Assembly: GCA_047495785.1 (NCBI GenBank)
Contig: JBLDXI010000041.1
Location: 101,815-165,814 of the forward strand
Direction: 5' to 3'
From: Lepidodermella squamata
Taxonomy: Eukaryota > Animalia > Gastrotricha
Length of the DNA: 64,000 nt
Made by a program: the position numbers and the translations under genes. Position 1 is the first letter of the stretch; the number at the start of each line of letters is the position of its first letter. Positions 25,401 to 39,584 of the stretch are shown here, piece after piece. The notes under the pieces were generated by a model, which ran no database searches, was not told where the DNA came from, and saw only the letters and a list, made by a program, of their open reading frames with translations.

Positions 25401-25897
25401 GCATGATGTTTGCTTTGGCATTCCACGTTGCAGCGAGCTCTCGTTCACGAACACTTTGGCAACGAGCTGCGCATCAAAGTTTTGCCTAAATAATTATTTC
25501 CTACCCTCGACCAGCAGCTTCACTTGACATACGCGATGCAAATAAGAATAGTGACCGCGGTAGCTTCCAACAACGGCACACGGTTGCTATCATTCTGTTA
25601 ATCTCCGCATCCCATTAACTCGGTCGTTGCTGCTGCAGCTAACAAAGCGTATTAGCCGCTCATATGACGGGCTATCACGCTTCCGCCAAAAGAATATTGG
25701 TAGAGATGCAAAATTAATTGAATTAGAACCCGTTGTTGCTAAATAATTATTCCCGAGCTTTGTCAAAACGTTTTTCCGTTTGCCTCTAGGATACAAGTTA
25801 TTTACGTCGCCGTCGTCGTCGTCGTTTTAATTATAATATTGTTACTGACTTACTTACTCCGCGACGACTGCTTCTGCTCACAAGAACACTTTTCTTA

Positions 25898-28800
25898 ATG
25901 GAATCAACTTCTCGAGGCGGCAAAAAAGCCGGCGAGCCTCGGCCGTCCCGGACGCTGCTCCTTCTCGACGCGGTGCAGTCAGCGCTCGACGAGCGCATTC
26001 GCCTGATAGCTTCGAAGAAGCCGTCTCCGCCCCTAATTGCCTCGTCATTAACCGCGACGTCGAGCAACAGCGATAGCGTTCACGAGTCGTGGCTAGCCTG
26101 TCTCCAGACCCAGGTCGAGGCAGTGTCTCAGTTGCGTCAGCGCTACAACTGGGTGCTATCGCAGCGCCAGAGCGCGTCGAACCGCGAGAACCAGCTGTTA
26201 TTCGGCAACACGGACCCGACACAACTGACAACCGGGTCGTCGGCTGGTGAGCGGCGGCGTACAATGGCATCGACATTGCAGGCGATTCGCGCCGACATGA
26301 CACGGCTGGACGCCGAGCTTTACAGCACTGAGCTCGACCTTGAATCGACAATTCTCGGCTTCCTCGAATGCGGCATTCACGGCCTGGCGGGGTTCGCGCG
26401 TCTGTCACCCGGGTCACTCTTTCGCCTGACACTGAAACACGCAGATCAGAAATGGGACAGCCGCATTGTCACTGGTAAACAGAACAAGCAGTACCTGGAA
26501 AATGACACGCATCGGTTCCGAATAGTGCTCGACTACTCACTAGGCATTAAAGCCGAGGAAGAACGATCGTTCGGGGGCGGCAGCGGGGCTAGTTCGCTGT
26601 CCGGCTCGGGGTCTTCCCTCGGATCGGGTGATTCCTTCTTTCGGTCTCTAGTACCTCGCGCCCTTCTTCCGAAGCGCCTCATTGGAACTGTCAATTTCGA
26701 CGTTTTACCCTTGATAAGCGCGCTCCCGCAACTGCTGACCATCAGCCTCAACACTTCTGGGTCGATCAAGTTACACGTCATTGTCAAATGGCTGCCGCCG
26801 CCTGCCACAGGCGCTACGAAGGCGGATCTGTTGGCGCTAGAGTTGCGGACATCTCTTGTGTTGGATCACCACCGGCCTGGAACCAGCGACTCCAGCGGTG
26901 GCAGCAGTGGGGCGGCAACTATCGGCGCGAGATCCGGTCGGCGCATGACTGGGTTGTCGCCAAAAGGCGTTAAAGGCTCTCGAACAATTCGTCAGCACAA
27001 GACGATGAGTTTGAATCCAAATGATGTTGGTGCTCTGTTGCAACAGCTAGCAGCCGAGGAAGTGACGGGCCAAGACGGTGACGCACCATCTGATCCGTCA
27101 ATTGTCTCGTCAGTTTCACCTATTCCGTCCTTGGCAGGTTCGACGTCGGTTGCGGGCAACGATCGGCTGTCTTCGTGGTCTTGGCTAAAGAACGCAGCGC
27201 ACAGCCCGCGATCTGACGATGAGCAGCTCGATGGCGCTTTGCCGCGATCCAACCCGCCCCCCGGCGCCGGTATGGACCGTATCCGTGCTCTGGCTCTGCA
27301 TGACCTCAACTCCTCGACCGAGTACCACCCGGTCGCCGATGGCAAACCGTCTTTACCCACTATCGTCGAGCCTGAGGCCGTCGCAAACGTTTTCGCTAAA
27401 GACGGCGTTGTCGTTGATAGATTTCGAAAAGAAGACATGGTTACGAGCTCAAGACTGGTTGAATCGATCGTTGCGCTTCTTGGCGAACTTCGCGGCCGCA
27501 TCTCGGACTGCAGCGAATTCGAGCAAGCATTTTCGTCGCTGCGAAACCTCCTACCACCTCATTCAACCCTTCACATTCCAGTTATGGTATGATTTACGAG
27601 AGAACTTATTGTTGTAACAATTACCGTATTACCTGAAATATGCAGAAGGCTCATGATAATTAGCAGCCTTGTAAAAAAAAACGGGTTCTAGGTTCTAGCT
27701 AATCGAACATGAATGACAGCCCACTTGGAATTTATCCGAAATTGCATAACTTTTTCATTGGTTTAAACTTCTCTCAAGTTTCTCACAGCTCTCCTGAACA
27801 TTGTAATCAACTTCATTCAGATTTAGTCGAGTTAGCGTAATTGGATAGCATATATACATAGACAGAGGTCAGGCGCAATGACTAGGGACTAGGAAATAGC
27901 CAGAGGGATAGAGCGGTTTATAGGTTTATAGTTTACAGGAAATTAATCAAGCAAACAAGAAATGTTGTCACCCGCCCCCATAAGTCGTTACAGTTATAAC
28001 TGGTACACTAGGTTATTTAGGCTAAGATTCCTTTTTACTTCTATTCCTAGCTAATAATTGAAAATTGCTTTCTGTTTTCTAGGGTAAAAGCAAGAGCTTA
28101 GCAATGCCTGGACCTCCGCTTCGATCTAGTTCAATCCGCCAGTCTATGCGAAAGCGGAGAAATGCGATGGATCTGCAGGTGAATGTAGAGCCGACCCAGC
28201 GACAGGAAAACGTACCAATAGGAGCGAATTCAGAGCAGACAGGCACCAAAAGTGACTCATCGGAGCCGAGTGGTCTCAGTTCTACAGGCTGGCCAGAACT
28301 CGACGCGGCGATATCCTCGCATTTGCGGCGTGCAGCCGAAGACCTGCGCCGCTTAGCCTCAGTTTCATTCCTCCCATTTGAATTCGGAAACTGCGCCAAA
28401 CAAAGTGTTCTCGAGTCGCTAAAAATGCATTCTTTGGCTATTCGTCAAGTCATAATTCCGCTTATTTCAACAGCCCCGCTGGACAGGCCACTGCTGGCAA
28501 CTGACATGGCAAACTCGTTGTTGAAATCAGCGGATTCGAACTCGTTATGGTCAGCTCTCGCGCGCTCCCCATCTGGCCTGGTCGCATTGCCAGCCGCTGT
28601 TTTACACACTGAATTGACGAAACGCGTTTCATCGTTCCGATCGCGCGGCCCTACAGCAACGTATGGCCCAACACCTAGCGGAGTTTCTGACAGAATCCTG
28701 TCAAAAATTACTGACTACTACGGCGAATACGTTCTTGGAACGACCATGTCTAGTGTCAACAAGATTTCCGCTGCATCCAACGTAGTGACACTGTGTGATT

Positions 28801-29429
28801 TCGCGTTTTTCGCCGGCGGTGCCGCGCCAGGCGTGATAGCGAAGCTGGAAGAGGCAAATGAAGAAATGAAGTTCTGCCACTGCCTCGAACCTGCTATTCT
28901 ACGTCGCATTTCGATGAACGACGACGCAATGTACGCCTCGACTTTACAGGCAACGCGCCGTCGACCTACACCGATGTTGGTTCATGCTTTGGCGAGCGCG
29001 GCTGGTAGTAGCGGGTCCCAAGACGTCATTGTCGCTGCCTTGAGATCAGCTTCAGTTGAGTGGTGTCGAGCGTTAGTGGGCTGCGTTAGTGCCGTATTGT
29101 TGTGGTCTTCGAATGCCGCGCCGGAAATCAAATCGGCGAAAGAGAGCGTCGAAGCTCGGATATCTCTTGTGGTCCTGCTCCAAATGTTGGCTTCGTCTAC
29201 TAGCGCTGAAATCGCCGATTCAATCGCGGTCATTCTGTCCCACGTAGCTAATGCAGACAGCGATGATAGCGTGCGAAGTGCAGCTCGACGTGCAACTGTT
29301 TCACTTGGCCAAGTAGGGCTACGCGTTCTGGGCAAGTCAGATCGTTCAACGTACGCTTTTCAAGGTCTGGCAATTACACGAACATCGATGGACACTTACA
29401 GCGAAGACGAATGTGTTGATGAAATTTAA
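25898..29429 (+). CDS. RIPOR: RIPOR/FAM65 (Rho family-interacting cell polarization regulator)-like, 2 exons, about 1011 aa
   Basis: Exon 1 25898-27586, phase-0 intron 27587-28082, exon 2 28083-29429. FAM65 N-terminal signature GLAGFARLSPG...KHADQKW...PQLLTISLNTSGSIKLHVIVKWLP; C-terminal HEAT/ARM-like DDSVRSAARRATVSLGQVG. Confidence 0.82.
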
Positions 29430-30025
29430 TATAAATATTTTTATGAAGCCACTTTGCAAGAGGTTGTTGCTATCTTTCATTGTTTTTTCAAATGCAATAT
29501 ATAAATATATATGATATTATATGTACATCGATCATACTTTGTTGCTCCGTTTTCACATCATAAACTGCTTTTATTGTTTGATTTATCTATGCAATGTCGA
29601 ATCAGTTGAGAAACATGCACGAACTAATCCTTATGCGACATTTTCCGAAGCTAACGTTCCCAATTTTCAATGTCTCCGCTGGAAGGTGAAAATAAAACAC
29701 AATATACCAGTTTTTCTGGCTTTTATTGATATCCATCATTATTTTAAGTGTTCAGCAGTGAAAACACATGCGAAGAAGACAAGAAAATCGAGTTTAAAAT
29801 AATCTTTCAAATTAAGCGACGACAAAGTCGTGAAAGCAAGACAAAGTACAGTAATAACAGTCAAATATTATAATATAAAATGTCATTTCGAGGAAAAAGC
29901 TACCATGATAGATTTCTATGAAGTTGCGGCTGTACAAGATTTTATCAAACCACGAGCTGTACATTGCACTAAATTATTGAAAAGCTATCGCTCAGCGCTG
30001 TGGATTACGGGCGGTTCACCACAAG

Positions 30026-32649
30026 TTATTCGACTCGATCTTCTGAGTCGTTGGTCTCTCGCGTTCTATCGCTGCTGTTATGGTGAGCAATTGCATTGTT
30101 GTGATTTACCGCAGTTTGATCGTGTTGGAGATTGTCGTGGATATCGTCTTTTGCTGTAGAATTTTCCTTCTTATCATGCACCGAAATTTCTTTTCGCACC
30201 TTGTCATCCTTCGAGTGAATTTCACTGGATTCTCTTGCGTGGTGCTCAAACGCTTGTTTCCGGCCAGCAGTTTCAACTTGAGAGTGATGCTCCGTGCCAT
30301 CCTGGCTGTGAACAGTTTCTTCACGCTTAGCCAGCTTATTTTGTTGTTCAGGGCGTTTTGAAACAGGCTCGGCAGCCCTGGTCGGCTGATGCTGCGGCGC
30401 TGGAGGAACTGATGGAAGGGGTTGCTTCGTCGGCGCAGGTTGTTGAACCTTAGATAGATCGGAACCTTCTTTTCTAGCTTTGCCATCAGGAGTATGTTTC
30501 AGATCGGAATCGCTCAGCTTTTTCTCGCTCTGGTGATCTTGACGTGGCGAATCCATTGTTTGCTTGGCAACCAAGTCCTCATTCTGAAAGTAAATAAAAT
30601 GATTGCGCTCATTCCTACAGCATGACTTCAAAAACTTTCAAAGGCTACGACGTAAATAAAGCGATCGGAAAAATTGTTAGGTATTATAATGGACAATGAT
30701 GGAAGCGTGCCAGGGCAGCAGTGACATTTATGGAATAGAAAAATTCAGCAGCGCTCCGTCTTACATTTAGAAATCATAGAAACGACGTTTAGCGGTATTA
30801 AATTGGAATAGCAACAGTGACTTGCAGTAGCACAGCCAACATTTAGGTCATGACGAACAAATGAAAACGGAAATTGCAAACCGGATACAAATAGTGAATT
30901 TGCCTCATTGCTGCTGGTCCTGGTACAGCATTCATTACAGCATTGAAAAATGATTCAGTTATGCCTAAACTATTCATCCCTCGTTGAAACCGTGAACGTG
31001 GGAACAACATTTGGGAAGGCTAATAATTCACAAATTAATGTTTACCTTTCTAGGATTATTTGCACGAGTCTTATCGTAGTCTTTATTTTCGGGCCTCTTT
31101 GATTTGTCTTCAGAGTTCGTATGCTGCCGATTGATTGGCGGAAGAGGCTCTTTTTCATGAAGTGACATCACACTACCAAGGTTGGATCCTCGGTTGCCGC
31201 CATAGTTTTGGTTAGAAAGTCTGCTGCCAGACGGTCCATTGCCACCATCGATAGGTCTGCGATAGGGCATTGGACGATGTACCCTAAGCCGAAGTCGTTA
31301 GCGATTAATTACAGTCACAAATTAATCATCATTTCTTACTCAGCAGCAATAGAGTTCATTCCACTGCTGGAATTTTCGAGCGATCCATTAGTAGGACTTA
31401 ACGCGACACTATTTATAAAGGCTTAAAACAAAGCTTCAAAATACTATTTTCGCTCACTGTTTCCCGGGATGCCATACAGGTAATAAGTGCTTGCCATAGG
31501 CGGCAGGTTTGAACTGTTTTTCCCTGCCGACTGCAACATAAGAGCCTCCGTTCTAATAATACGAAATATATATAATTTCAATATCGCAAATAAACAGTAG
31601 TCTACCTGTAGTTCTTCAACAGCGCGTAATCGTTCCCCATTAAGTGTATATATTCTTAATACAGCACCGGTCAACGTTTGAACTTTTTTGCCGATAGCGT
31701 TCAGCGTTGCTGGCATGGTACTCCTTTCCCCGGCAACGAGACGCACTTTCACTGCCGGCGAAATCTCATCGCCATTTACATAGATGCTAAAACGGCAAAC
31801 GAAAATTACAGAGCGCATATTCATTATTCACTGTAGAAGTGTGAATACGATCACGTAATGTGCCGTGACACACTCTAAGGCAGTCATCGGTAAACAATAA
31901 TACGGGTGCCATGGCACCTAGATCCAGTTAAAACATCGCGCACTTACTTTAAAAAGAAGCAATCCCCATGATCCTTCTTCACTTTACCGGAAGCTATGAT
32001 TCGACTGTGTTTAACGGGTTTGATCTAAGAAAAATAACAAATGATAAATTAAATTAAATAAAAGATACCCACATGATACTTACTAATACTGGTTTCGGAG
32101 CGCCGTAAGGTTCGGCGGAGTGTTTTATTTTACCAGGAACAGTAAAGTCAGCCATACTTCGTGCTTTTTCGTAGCTGGAATATAACAATGTATTTGAAAA
32201 GCTGCAAGAATGAGCTGAGTAAATGCCTACGGTAGGTGGATGAATCGCCCATGGCCACCTGCAACGTATGATTTTCCACCCTCGATCTCGTCTAGACTGT
32301 TGACCACTCTGCCATGAGTGGGAGTTCGTAGGTTACGAACAGCTCCAAAACTGGGTTCCAAAAGCTGAAAACAAGAGATGCGTGAAAAAACGAAGGAGTT
32401 ATTAAATGCTACCTTGGTGAGCTCGTTGAATAGATAATCCAAGGATCTAACTGTCTTTCTGTTGACAACATATCGCTTGTAATTCTGTAAATAAAAAAGA
32501 CTATATTGAAATTCAGGAAATTATTTTCTAATTACTTTGAAACGGTCTCCATTTTTGTAAATGTAAATCAAACGGCCAGGCTCCTCTGCAGGACCGGTTG
32601 GCCCAGAACCTGGTGCGCCTCCAGGGCCGACATTCGCTTCATCGATCAT
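30026..32649 (-). CDS. DCDC2: Doublecortin domain-containing protein 2-like (two DCX domains plus charged tail), multi-exon
   Basis: DCX1: IYKNGDRF..RYVVNRKTVRSLDYLFNELT..PSFGAVRNLRTPTHG..GKSYVAGG. Linker IKPVKHSRI. DCX2: IYVNGD..TGAVLRIYTLNG..NGGSYVAVG. Last exon ends at 30026. Confidence 0.88.
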
Positions 32650-34157
32650 GGCGTCATTTAAATGAGAAATAAACAAATTATCTAACCAAAGCACTTCTGA
32701 AATAACGGCGATTGTCAAGGCAAAATGTAAGTGCTTAACGCAATAAGCAAACGTCGTTTGGATGCTGAAACACGCAAATTAATTTTCGACTGAGTTACAA
32801 TAAAAACAAGGGACAACATGACAGATAGGCCAGGAGGCCCGTCATAAACCTTTGATAATTTTGAAAAAAAAGTTGGCGGACACCCATCACGCCCTTCGGT
32901 AATCGAACATTCCATTAAATTTCAGTTGGATTTGGGAAATTTAGGAAACCTAAATGAATGAACTCAGTGAAAGCCATGGTTCACAAGATGCTTCATCTGA
33001 GTTGAAACGCAAGGCAGAAAATTGGTATAAATTATTTGGGCTAGAGGACTAGAGGATTATTTGGACTATTTCAGCTAGAGACGACAATGAAGGTGGCAGG
33101 TAATTTGAGACAGAAAAATCGCGCCTAGAGCGCTGCGAGGCGGATGGTTGTTAAAATAAAATCTCGATATGCCAAACATCGTAACGGGTTTACCTCGGGG
33201 GTAATCGATCAAACAGGTGCTGAGGGGGTAACATAGGAAGCGCAGTAATATCGTCGCAAGAAGCTGAGTAAGGATCGTAATACCTCAGTGAACGTCATGT
33301 ACAGTGTGTAGTGGCATACACGCATGTAAGGTTTGCGATATTCACTCACCATTCATCATCTCTAATCATCTTTATTGTTCGATTTTCATTGTATAATGAC
33401 GGAATTGCGACTTTCACTCAGGTTTTTGATACGCTCGCCATTTAGCATTTAGGTATTATGAGCTTCGTTGAGGTATTTTTGAGGTTCCTTCGTAACGTAG
33501 AAACAACAGCTAACAGGAAGGAAGGCCCGGAGTAGGGTCTTGTCTGACGAGACAAGTGACATCAGGAAGCCAACGCACGAGGAAATATCGAACATGGAAA
33601 GTCCAATCGTTGCTACACAATTAAGTTGCTAGCTAAAATTGTTGTTAAAAATTCATTACATAAAGGATAAAAAAATTGTTTTATTGAAAATTGTTTTAAA
33701 ATCAGCATAGTTTAATGCCGCAGTACAATTTCAAAAAGTTCGCGGTCCAGGCTCGTTTTTGTTTCATGTTGTTCCAGAGTCTACGCTTAGCCAAAAGCGG
33801 GGATTTACTTTCGACATTCGAATTCTACAGAACGCTAATCACACTCTGATAACAGCACAGATGGCAGAACATTGAGGAATCAATAAGAGCGAGGAATTAT
33901 TTTCTATGGAATTGATCGAGTAACGCCCTCTTGGAACGATGTCGATGTCGTTGTAGTTTGCTCTTTGACCCTGACGGATGACGGAGGAAGAAGTTTTTTC
34001 TTCGGGGCGCTATATGTCATGATTTACGTAAGAAAGGGAGTGGCTGCTCCGGTACTGGTTGTAATGTTTTTCTCAGTCCACTAGATGAAAGCTACATTTG
34101 GCACCAACATCAACTCGATAGAAGAAAATACGATACGCCTCACTAGAAAACGATCGA

Positions 34158-34219
34158 GTTGCTAGCACCGAATTAATCATCGATCGAAGTTTAGACCCGC
34201 CCTCATGAACGTGGTATCA
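34158..34219. repeat. Dispersed ~62-bp repeat, copy 2
   Basis: Direct match to 6600-6662 in the same orientation. Confidence 0.8.
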
Positions 34220-35721
34220 TCATCAGCCAAACAATTCTTGGGTTCGCGGTAAACCTCTTCGCGTTAAGCTGCAATCTGGAGCCGCAATTTTAAAGATAGT
34301 GAATGATATATCACGAGGTTTTTGAAAGGGATAAATTTTGTAAGCCTGTACGCACAAAGATTTCGATGCAAATGACTTATAAAAATGACTTATACAAATA
34401 CGCCGCTGATGATATGGATGGCATGTAGAAAACTAGCATGACGAGGGTCCACAGATAGGTCTCAAATCAGTCAATCACTTGTTTCGGCGCTTCAGAGTCA
34501 TGGGTTCACCTAGGTTTACAGCTACCGTTCAAAAGGCTTGCCGAAAAGGACTCAATACAGCAATACAGCACCTCAGTATAATGCTTATACATTATTTGTT
34601 GTCGCGACTTGCCGAAAATAGAAACGAATGGCACAATGCATTTGATGCGCAGAAAAAATGGTGTTCAGCTTGTTTCTAGTGATCAGGCACGCCACTGACT
34701 TGGCGAATTTGCAAAAAGTTAGTTGTACGCCATCTATTTCCGGAACACCGCCACGATATTGTCACCCCACTGGCCTGCCATTTTTACATTTCTTCAAACG
34801 AGCCTGACGTTAATTTGAGGCTCTCATTCATTCGAGCTGACATTTTTTCGGGCAGTCAGATACTCTTATTCATCGTGAGGCGTTTCGTCATCAAGGTCGA
34901 TTTAAAAGCCGGATCAACTGGATATCCGCATTTGCTTCATTTGCGATGATGAATAAATTGTCTTAATACTCTTATTAGATTTTAGTTAGATAAGGACCCA
35001 TCGATTTCTTGTTCACGAGCATGTGAATATGGATGAAATGAAACAAACTCATGGACAAATAGGGTTTTCAAGAAAACAATTCCATCAAACTGTATTTTGA
35101 ATGGTTTATTGCTGTCCACATTCATCGGCAAGAATCATAAAAAGTAATAAAGCGCCTTTCCGTTTTCCAGCTTAACAACTGATGGGACAACCCATTACCA
35201 CCATCAAGTACAATAAAAATTTGAAGACTGGCCGTTTCCGAGATTTTTTTTCATTCTTTCGGCATTTCGTTCTCAATACAATAAATGTGGCCGCCGTGTT
35301 TTTGATTTTATGATTGCGCAAGTTACAAGCTAGTTTTCACATTTCATAGCAACAATGGCAGAAGTCAATAATAAAACAGTACCGGACTGTCGAGTTTACA
35401 GATCAGAAGAAATAATATGGTAATAATATTGACGCAAATAATGGTGATTATTAACAACGGCGAGGGTGAGAAATGTACAGGTTGAGCTTCAAGTATAATA
35501 GGGTACAATGCATCGATAGAAAAACATAAACTTAAACAAAAACGAAAATAGAAACAACAACAATGATTGGGTCTTTTGTTACAGATTGTCCATACGTAAT
35601 TTCTACATCAACCACAACAAGGGAAGAAAATTTACAAAAAAAGACAGATAATAAATTTTCAAAGCGTAGGTGCGAGGGATGCGATAACAGTGGTGCACAA
35701 GTTCCACAGAGAAGCGACAAA

Positions 35722-36981
35722 TCATCGCCGATTGTTCGGTAGATACGGCGGTGGCGGTGGTGCTGTGACTTGCCATGTCGATTGAACCGGAATTTGAGGG
35801 TACAGCCGTTGACTGTTAGCTGGATTCGCAGATAGCGCCATGACCTCCTCGAGTTTCGCCGACAGCGTCGTGACGTCCCGTTCTTCGACCATCGGTGCCG
35901 ATGCGTAGTTGTAGGGTGGAGGCGCGGGTGGCCCAACGCTGGGCTCCTCGTCGAACGCCTCAACTGTGTCGTCGTCTTCGTACTCGCTGTCCGAGTCGGC
36001 GGCCGGGCGCTGCATGACCGGCTCGGAACAACGCCGTTTCACGCGGCTCTTGCTGCGATGTCGCCGACCGCCGCAATGGCACGTGCATTTCTTGTGACCA
36101 GCGCTGGTCTTAGCGAGCTTCGCCCGCGCAGCTGCTACGAGAGCTCGGCTGGCTTCGGCCCCTTCGTAACGCACATCCGACAGTTGCGGGCATTGACTGA
36201 CGGAAACTTCGGCATCAGGTAACAAGGTGGCGATCCGCCGCTGGGCTTCGAATATTATCGAGCAGTGTTCGCCGAGTTTGACATACGCATTCGCAAGATT
36301 CGATAAACTTTTCTGAAATAAGAAGATTTACAATCAATAAAATGCTAAAGCGTAAGATGGCGATATTCTAAAAATTAAAGAAATTTTTTCCTCTAAAAAT
36401 CTTAAAAAATTCCATGAGAAAAAGTCGTATGACCTTGTTGAATGTTGTATGGAATAAACAAGAATGCAACCAACCTTGAGATGGAGCAGCTTCTGAACCT
36501 CGTTTTCGCGAAGTGTTGCTTGTACGGCAGCGTCTTGCTCGTTCGATTGGTAGACAGGGGCTCGAGCGTTTTGAACGTTGGCGAGTAACTGACGGTGTTG
36601 CGATTTCGATTCCTTCTTCGATTTCGAGGCGACAGTCAGCGAGTGTTCTTCGATGTCGACGATGCGGGAGAGAGTTCGTTCGAAATCAGCCAGCTCGGTC
36701 TTGAAGTCGGTTTGCGACTCGAGCCACATGAAGTCCAGCTCCGAGATCTGGTGCACGACGTCGCGGATGGCTGCGTTGGGCTCGCGAGACGCCCATTTGA
36801 GCAGTTGCTGGACAGCCGTGTGCTGCGCCGATGCCAGCGAATCGACAGCCTTGCGAACGCTGCGCCCGGCCGAAATAGCCGCGGTCAGCTGCTGTGGGTC
36901 ACCCGTGGCAGTAAAGCCGGGGCCCTGTGGGTTGTCGACCGCCTGAAGACGGTGTCTGATGGCGTCGACAAACTTGTCCAT
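35722..36981 (-). CDS. Pil1/Lsp1 (eisosome)-like BAR-domain protein with Pro-rich PPxY tail, 2 exons, about 365 aa
   Basis: Exon 1 36981-36475, phase-0 intron, exon 2 36312-35722 (TTTCAG acceptor, in frame). The helical region AVQQLLKWA..IRDVVHQISEL..FERTLSRIVDIE..LLPD parallels the Pil1/Lsp1 core as recalled. The gene model is solid; the family call needs an HMM or structure search. Confidence 0.65.
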
Positions 36982-39584
36982 AGCAGCAGCACAAAAAATA
37001 TAAAGAGGTAGAAACTAATCTAAACCCCCTAGAAAAACAAACAAATACTGCGTTAGAAACGGTGGCGTGTCGGGTGTGAGCTAAGTGGATTGGAGGGTCA
37101 CTCAACGGATTAATGCCCAGTGACCAGACGCCGGCGACAAGTGACCGTGACTCAGTCGCGCGCGGCCGCCACCACGCACGGGCGCGAGATAAGCCGCCAA
37201 AGGAAGCAACAGCTGGCGGCTCGCGCAGCTGACAACACTTCACAGAAACAGCGTTGGCGAAATGGTGTCGCTGTCGAGCACGCGATAATTGCCCGTCTTA
37301 TCGCTTATTCCGATTCAACTCGCCACCGTAAAACCGGCGGCATAAAAAAAATCGGGCCATCAGATAAATTGATGACAATCCTGCGGCTTCTAACGGCTTC
37401 TATACGCGACAGTAAAAATGATAGGAAATAGCATGAGGCCAAGATGTGAATGCAGAGCAGAAGTGTTGAAGAGGGAAGAAACTCGCAGCTGGTTTGCGTA
37501 GAAAATAAAGCAGTATTTCTGGCCGTATTATATTGCCGTATTACGAGCGTGTTAAGGTCGAGCGACTCTAGGCCGAAATCGTGTGCTCATGAGCCATTCT
37601 GTCTAATGCGCGCATCCGGTGTTCGAGGGTGAACTGCGGCTGACCCATCACCGGTTGCGTAACCTGTTAATATAATGCGCGGCACCACTCGCATTAATAT
37701 TTATTATACGCGCGCGAAAAGGCGCCGGGCAGATGATGAGCCGACAACATGCAACCCGCATCATCTCGCCTGCGCCCGCGGCACCACGAAAAACAGCTAA
37801 CATCGGAAAGCGCTCTATTAACCGAGTGCGATGCTGCCCTATATGTGACAGGCGGCGGATGTCGCTGTAACGAGCCTGTCACCGGCTGTAATGATGCGAT
37901 GATGCGCCGAACCAGCAGGGTGTCACGCACTCGATGGGTCCAAAGAACCCGAAATGACGCGTGGGCACGATCGCCAGCGATCGCCAGCCATATGGGCAAT
38001 AGAACGCGAATAGGCTGTTCGCACGATTGGGTCAAATTGGAGCGAACGAGTCGGACGGCGACGTGGAGCAGCGGGAAGATGCACACATTATTAGCACGTA
38101 ACGCGGAATGCGATCTGCAAATGCACAGATGTAGCGACACGTGCCATCAGCCACTACTATACTACTAATCGGCAACATGTAATAGAGCAATAAACACACC
38201 ACACAGCGACAACACAGCGAAGCGCGGACAAGTGTCGACGCCAAGCCGACCGGCGTGTAATTGAAATTTTGCGACGCTCACAGCACAGGTTGTAAAAACA
38301 AAGAGACAACTGCGGGCCAAAATAAACCGTCAACAACTCGTCATGCAACAACCGAAAACGTCTCTCGCAGCGCAGGAACGCGATAGTGCCAAACTGCGAA
38401 GTGTTGTGCAACTGAGACGCGTGATTAGTGTGCATCGTTTTCTTGCGCAAGTTGTGATTTATTGCCTAATTTTGTTGAGAAAGTGCTGTCGAAAACTGGT
38501 GTGCGCGCAATGCAGAAACTGCTGTAATTAGTAAGCTAACAGCTTAGCCACGACCGGGCGCCGGGATTATCGGCCATAAAACTGCGCGAGGTCAGCACGG
38601 CGAAGAATTTGAACATGTGCGTCAAATATGCGTGAGGGCAATAAGTAATAGACCCTCGAGGGTAAAAGGCTGCCGAGATCGAGTGGGGCGGTCGGCCAGG
38701 TGCACATTTGGCCAGGTAATAAAAACAGAAGGCGGCAGTAAGAGCAAGCGTAAATAACAAAAGGGGTGCTTATCAAAAGGCGAAAATTCGAACACAGATG
38801 CGCACACTAAGATCGATGTCGGCGAGGGTCATGTTTCACACAAACAGAAGGCAGGTAGCTGATGGGCCACCAAATTGCAACGTTCGATCTCGCAGACAGC
38901 TAACATATGCGCTAGTTTGCAATTGCAGAATGCGCTCAGCCAGCTGGAAATATTAGCTGGCCAAGTTGAATGATCTCTCAACGTCCTCTTGGATTGAAAA
39001 GGCGCTATTATGGGCAATACGTAAATCGTCATCATTCACTGACACAAAAAAACGATTAACTTGACAGTGTATGAATAAATAGGGAATATTCCGTTACAAA
39101 GAAAAAAATGCAATAAATCGCAGGGCACACCAAGGGCGCAAGCTCTACAAGAAAAATTGCAGCTGCAAGTGTTCAGGTAAAAACAGTATTATTTTCCTAT
39201 TATTTTGAAGTAATCATCCGCGAAATTTGCAGCCATGCAATAAATATTTCCACCACTTCGTAGGGTAAATGTCGCAGTGGCTGAATGAAAAAAACGATCA
39301 GAACTCGGAGCTATTGTTTAATTAGCGGTTGAAATCAAGAAATGAGTGTTTTAGCGCAGAAAGTGAATAGGTAATAAATAATAGAGTATCCGATTGAATA
39401 AGGCAACTCCACACCAGATTCAATTACGGATTTGTCAGAGCCTATAAACTAGGATTTAGAGCGGAGATCCCTTGTGAGAAAAATAGAATATGTATTTTGT
39501 CACTTATGAAGCAACGGGAGCTTGTTCCCTTGTTTCCGCGGCACGAAAATGCCTGCCCACGGGGCAGTAAAATAATGCCGAATT

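Noticed and set aside
30903-30920. Possible microexon with a GC donor in the last DCDC2 intron
   Set aside because: The flanking exons already join in phase 0, and a 16-nt exon would frameshift.
37694-38168. Overlapping 139-148 aa ORFs on opposite strands
   Set aside because: No domain features or splice context; consistent with chance ORFs in GC-richer non-coding DNA.
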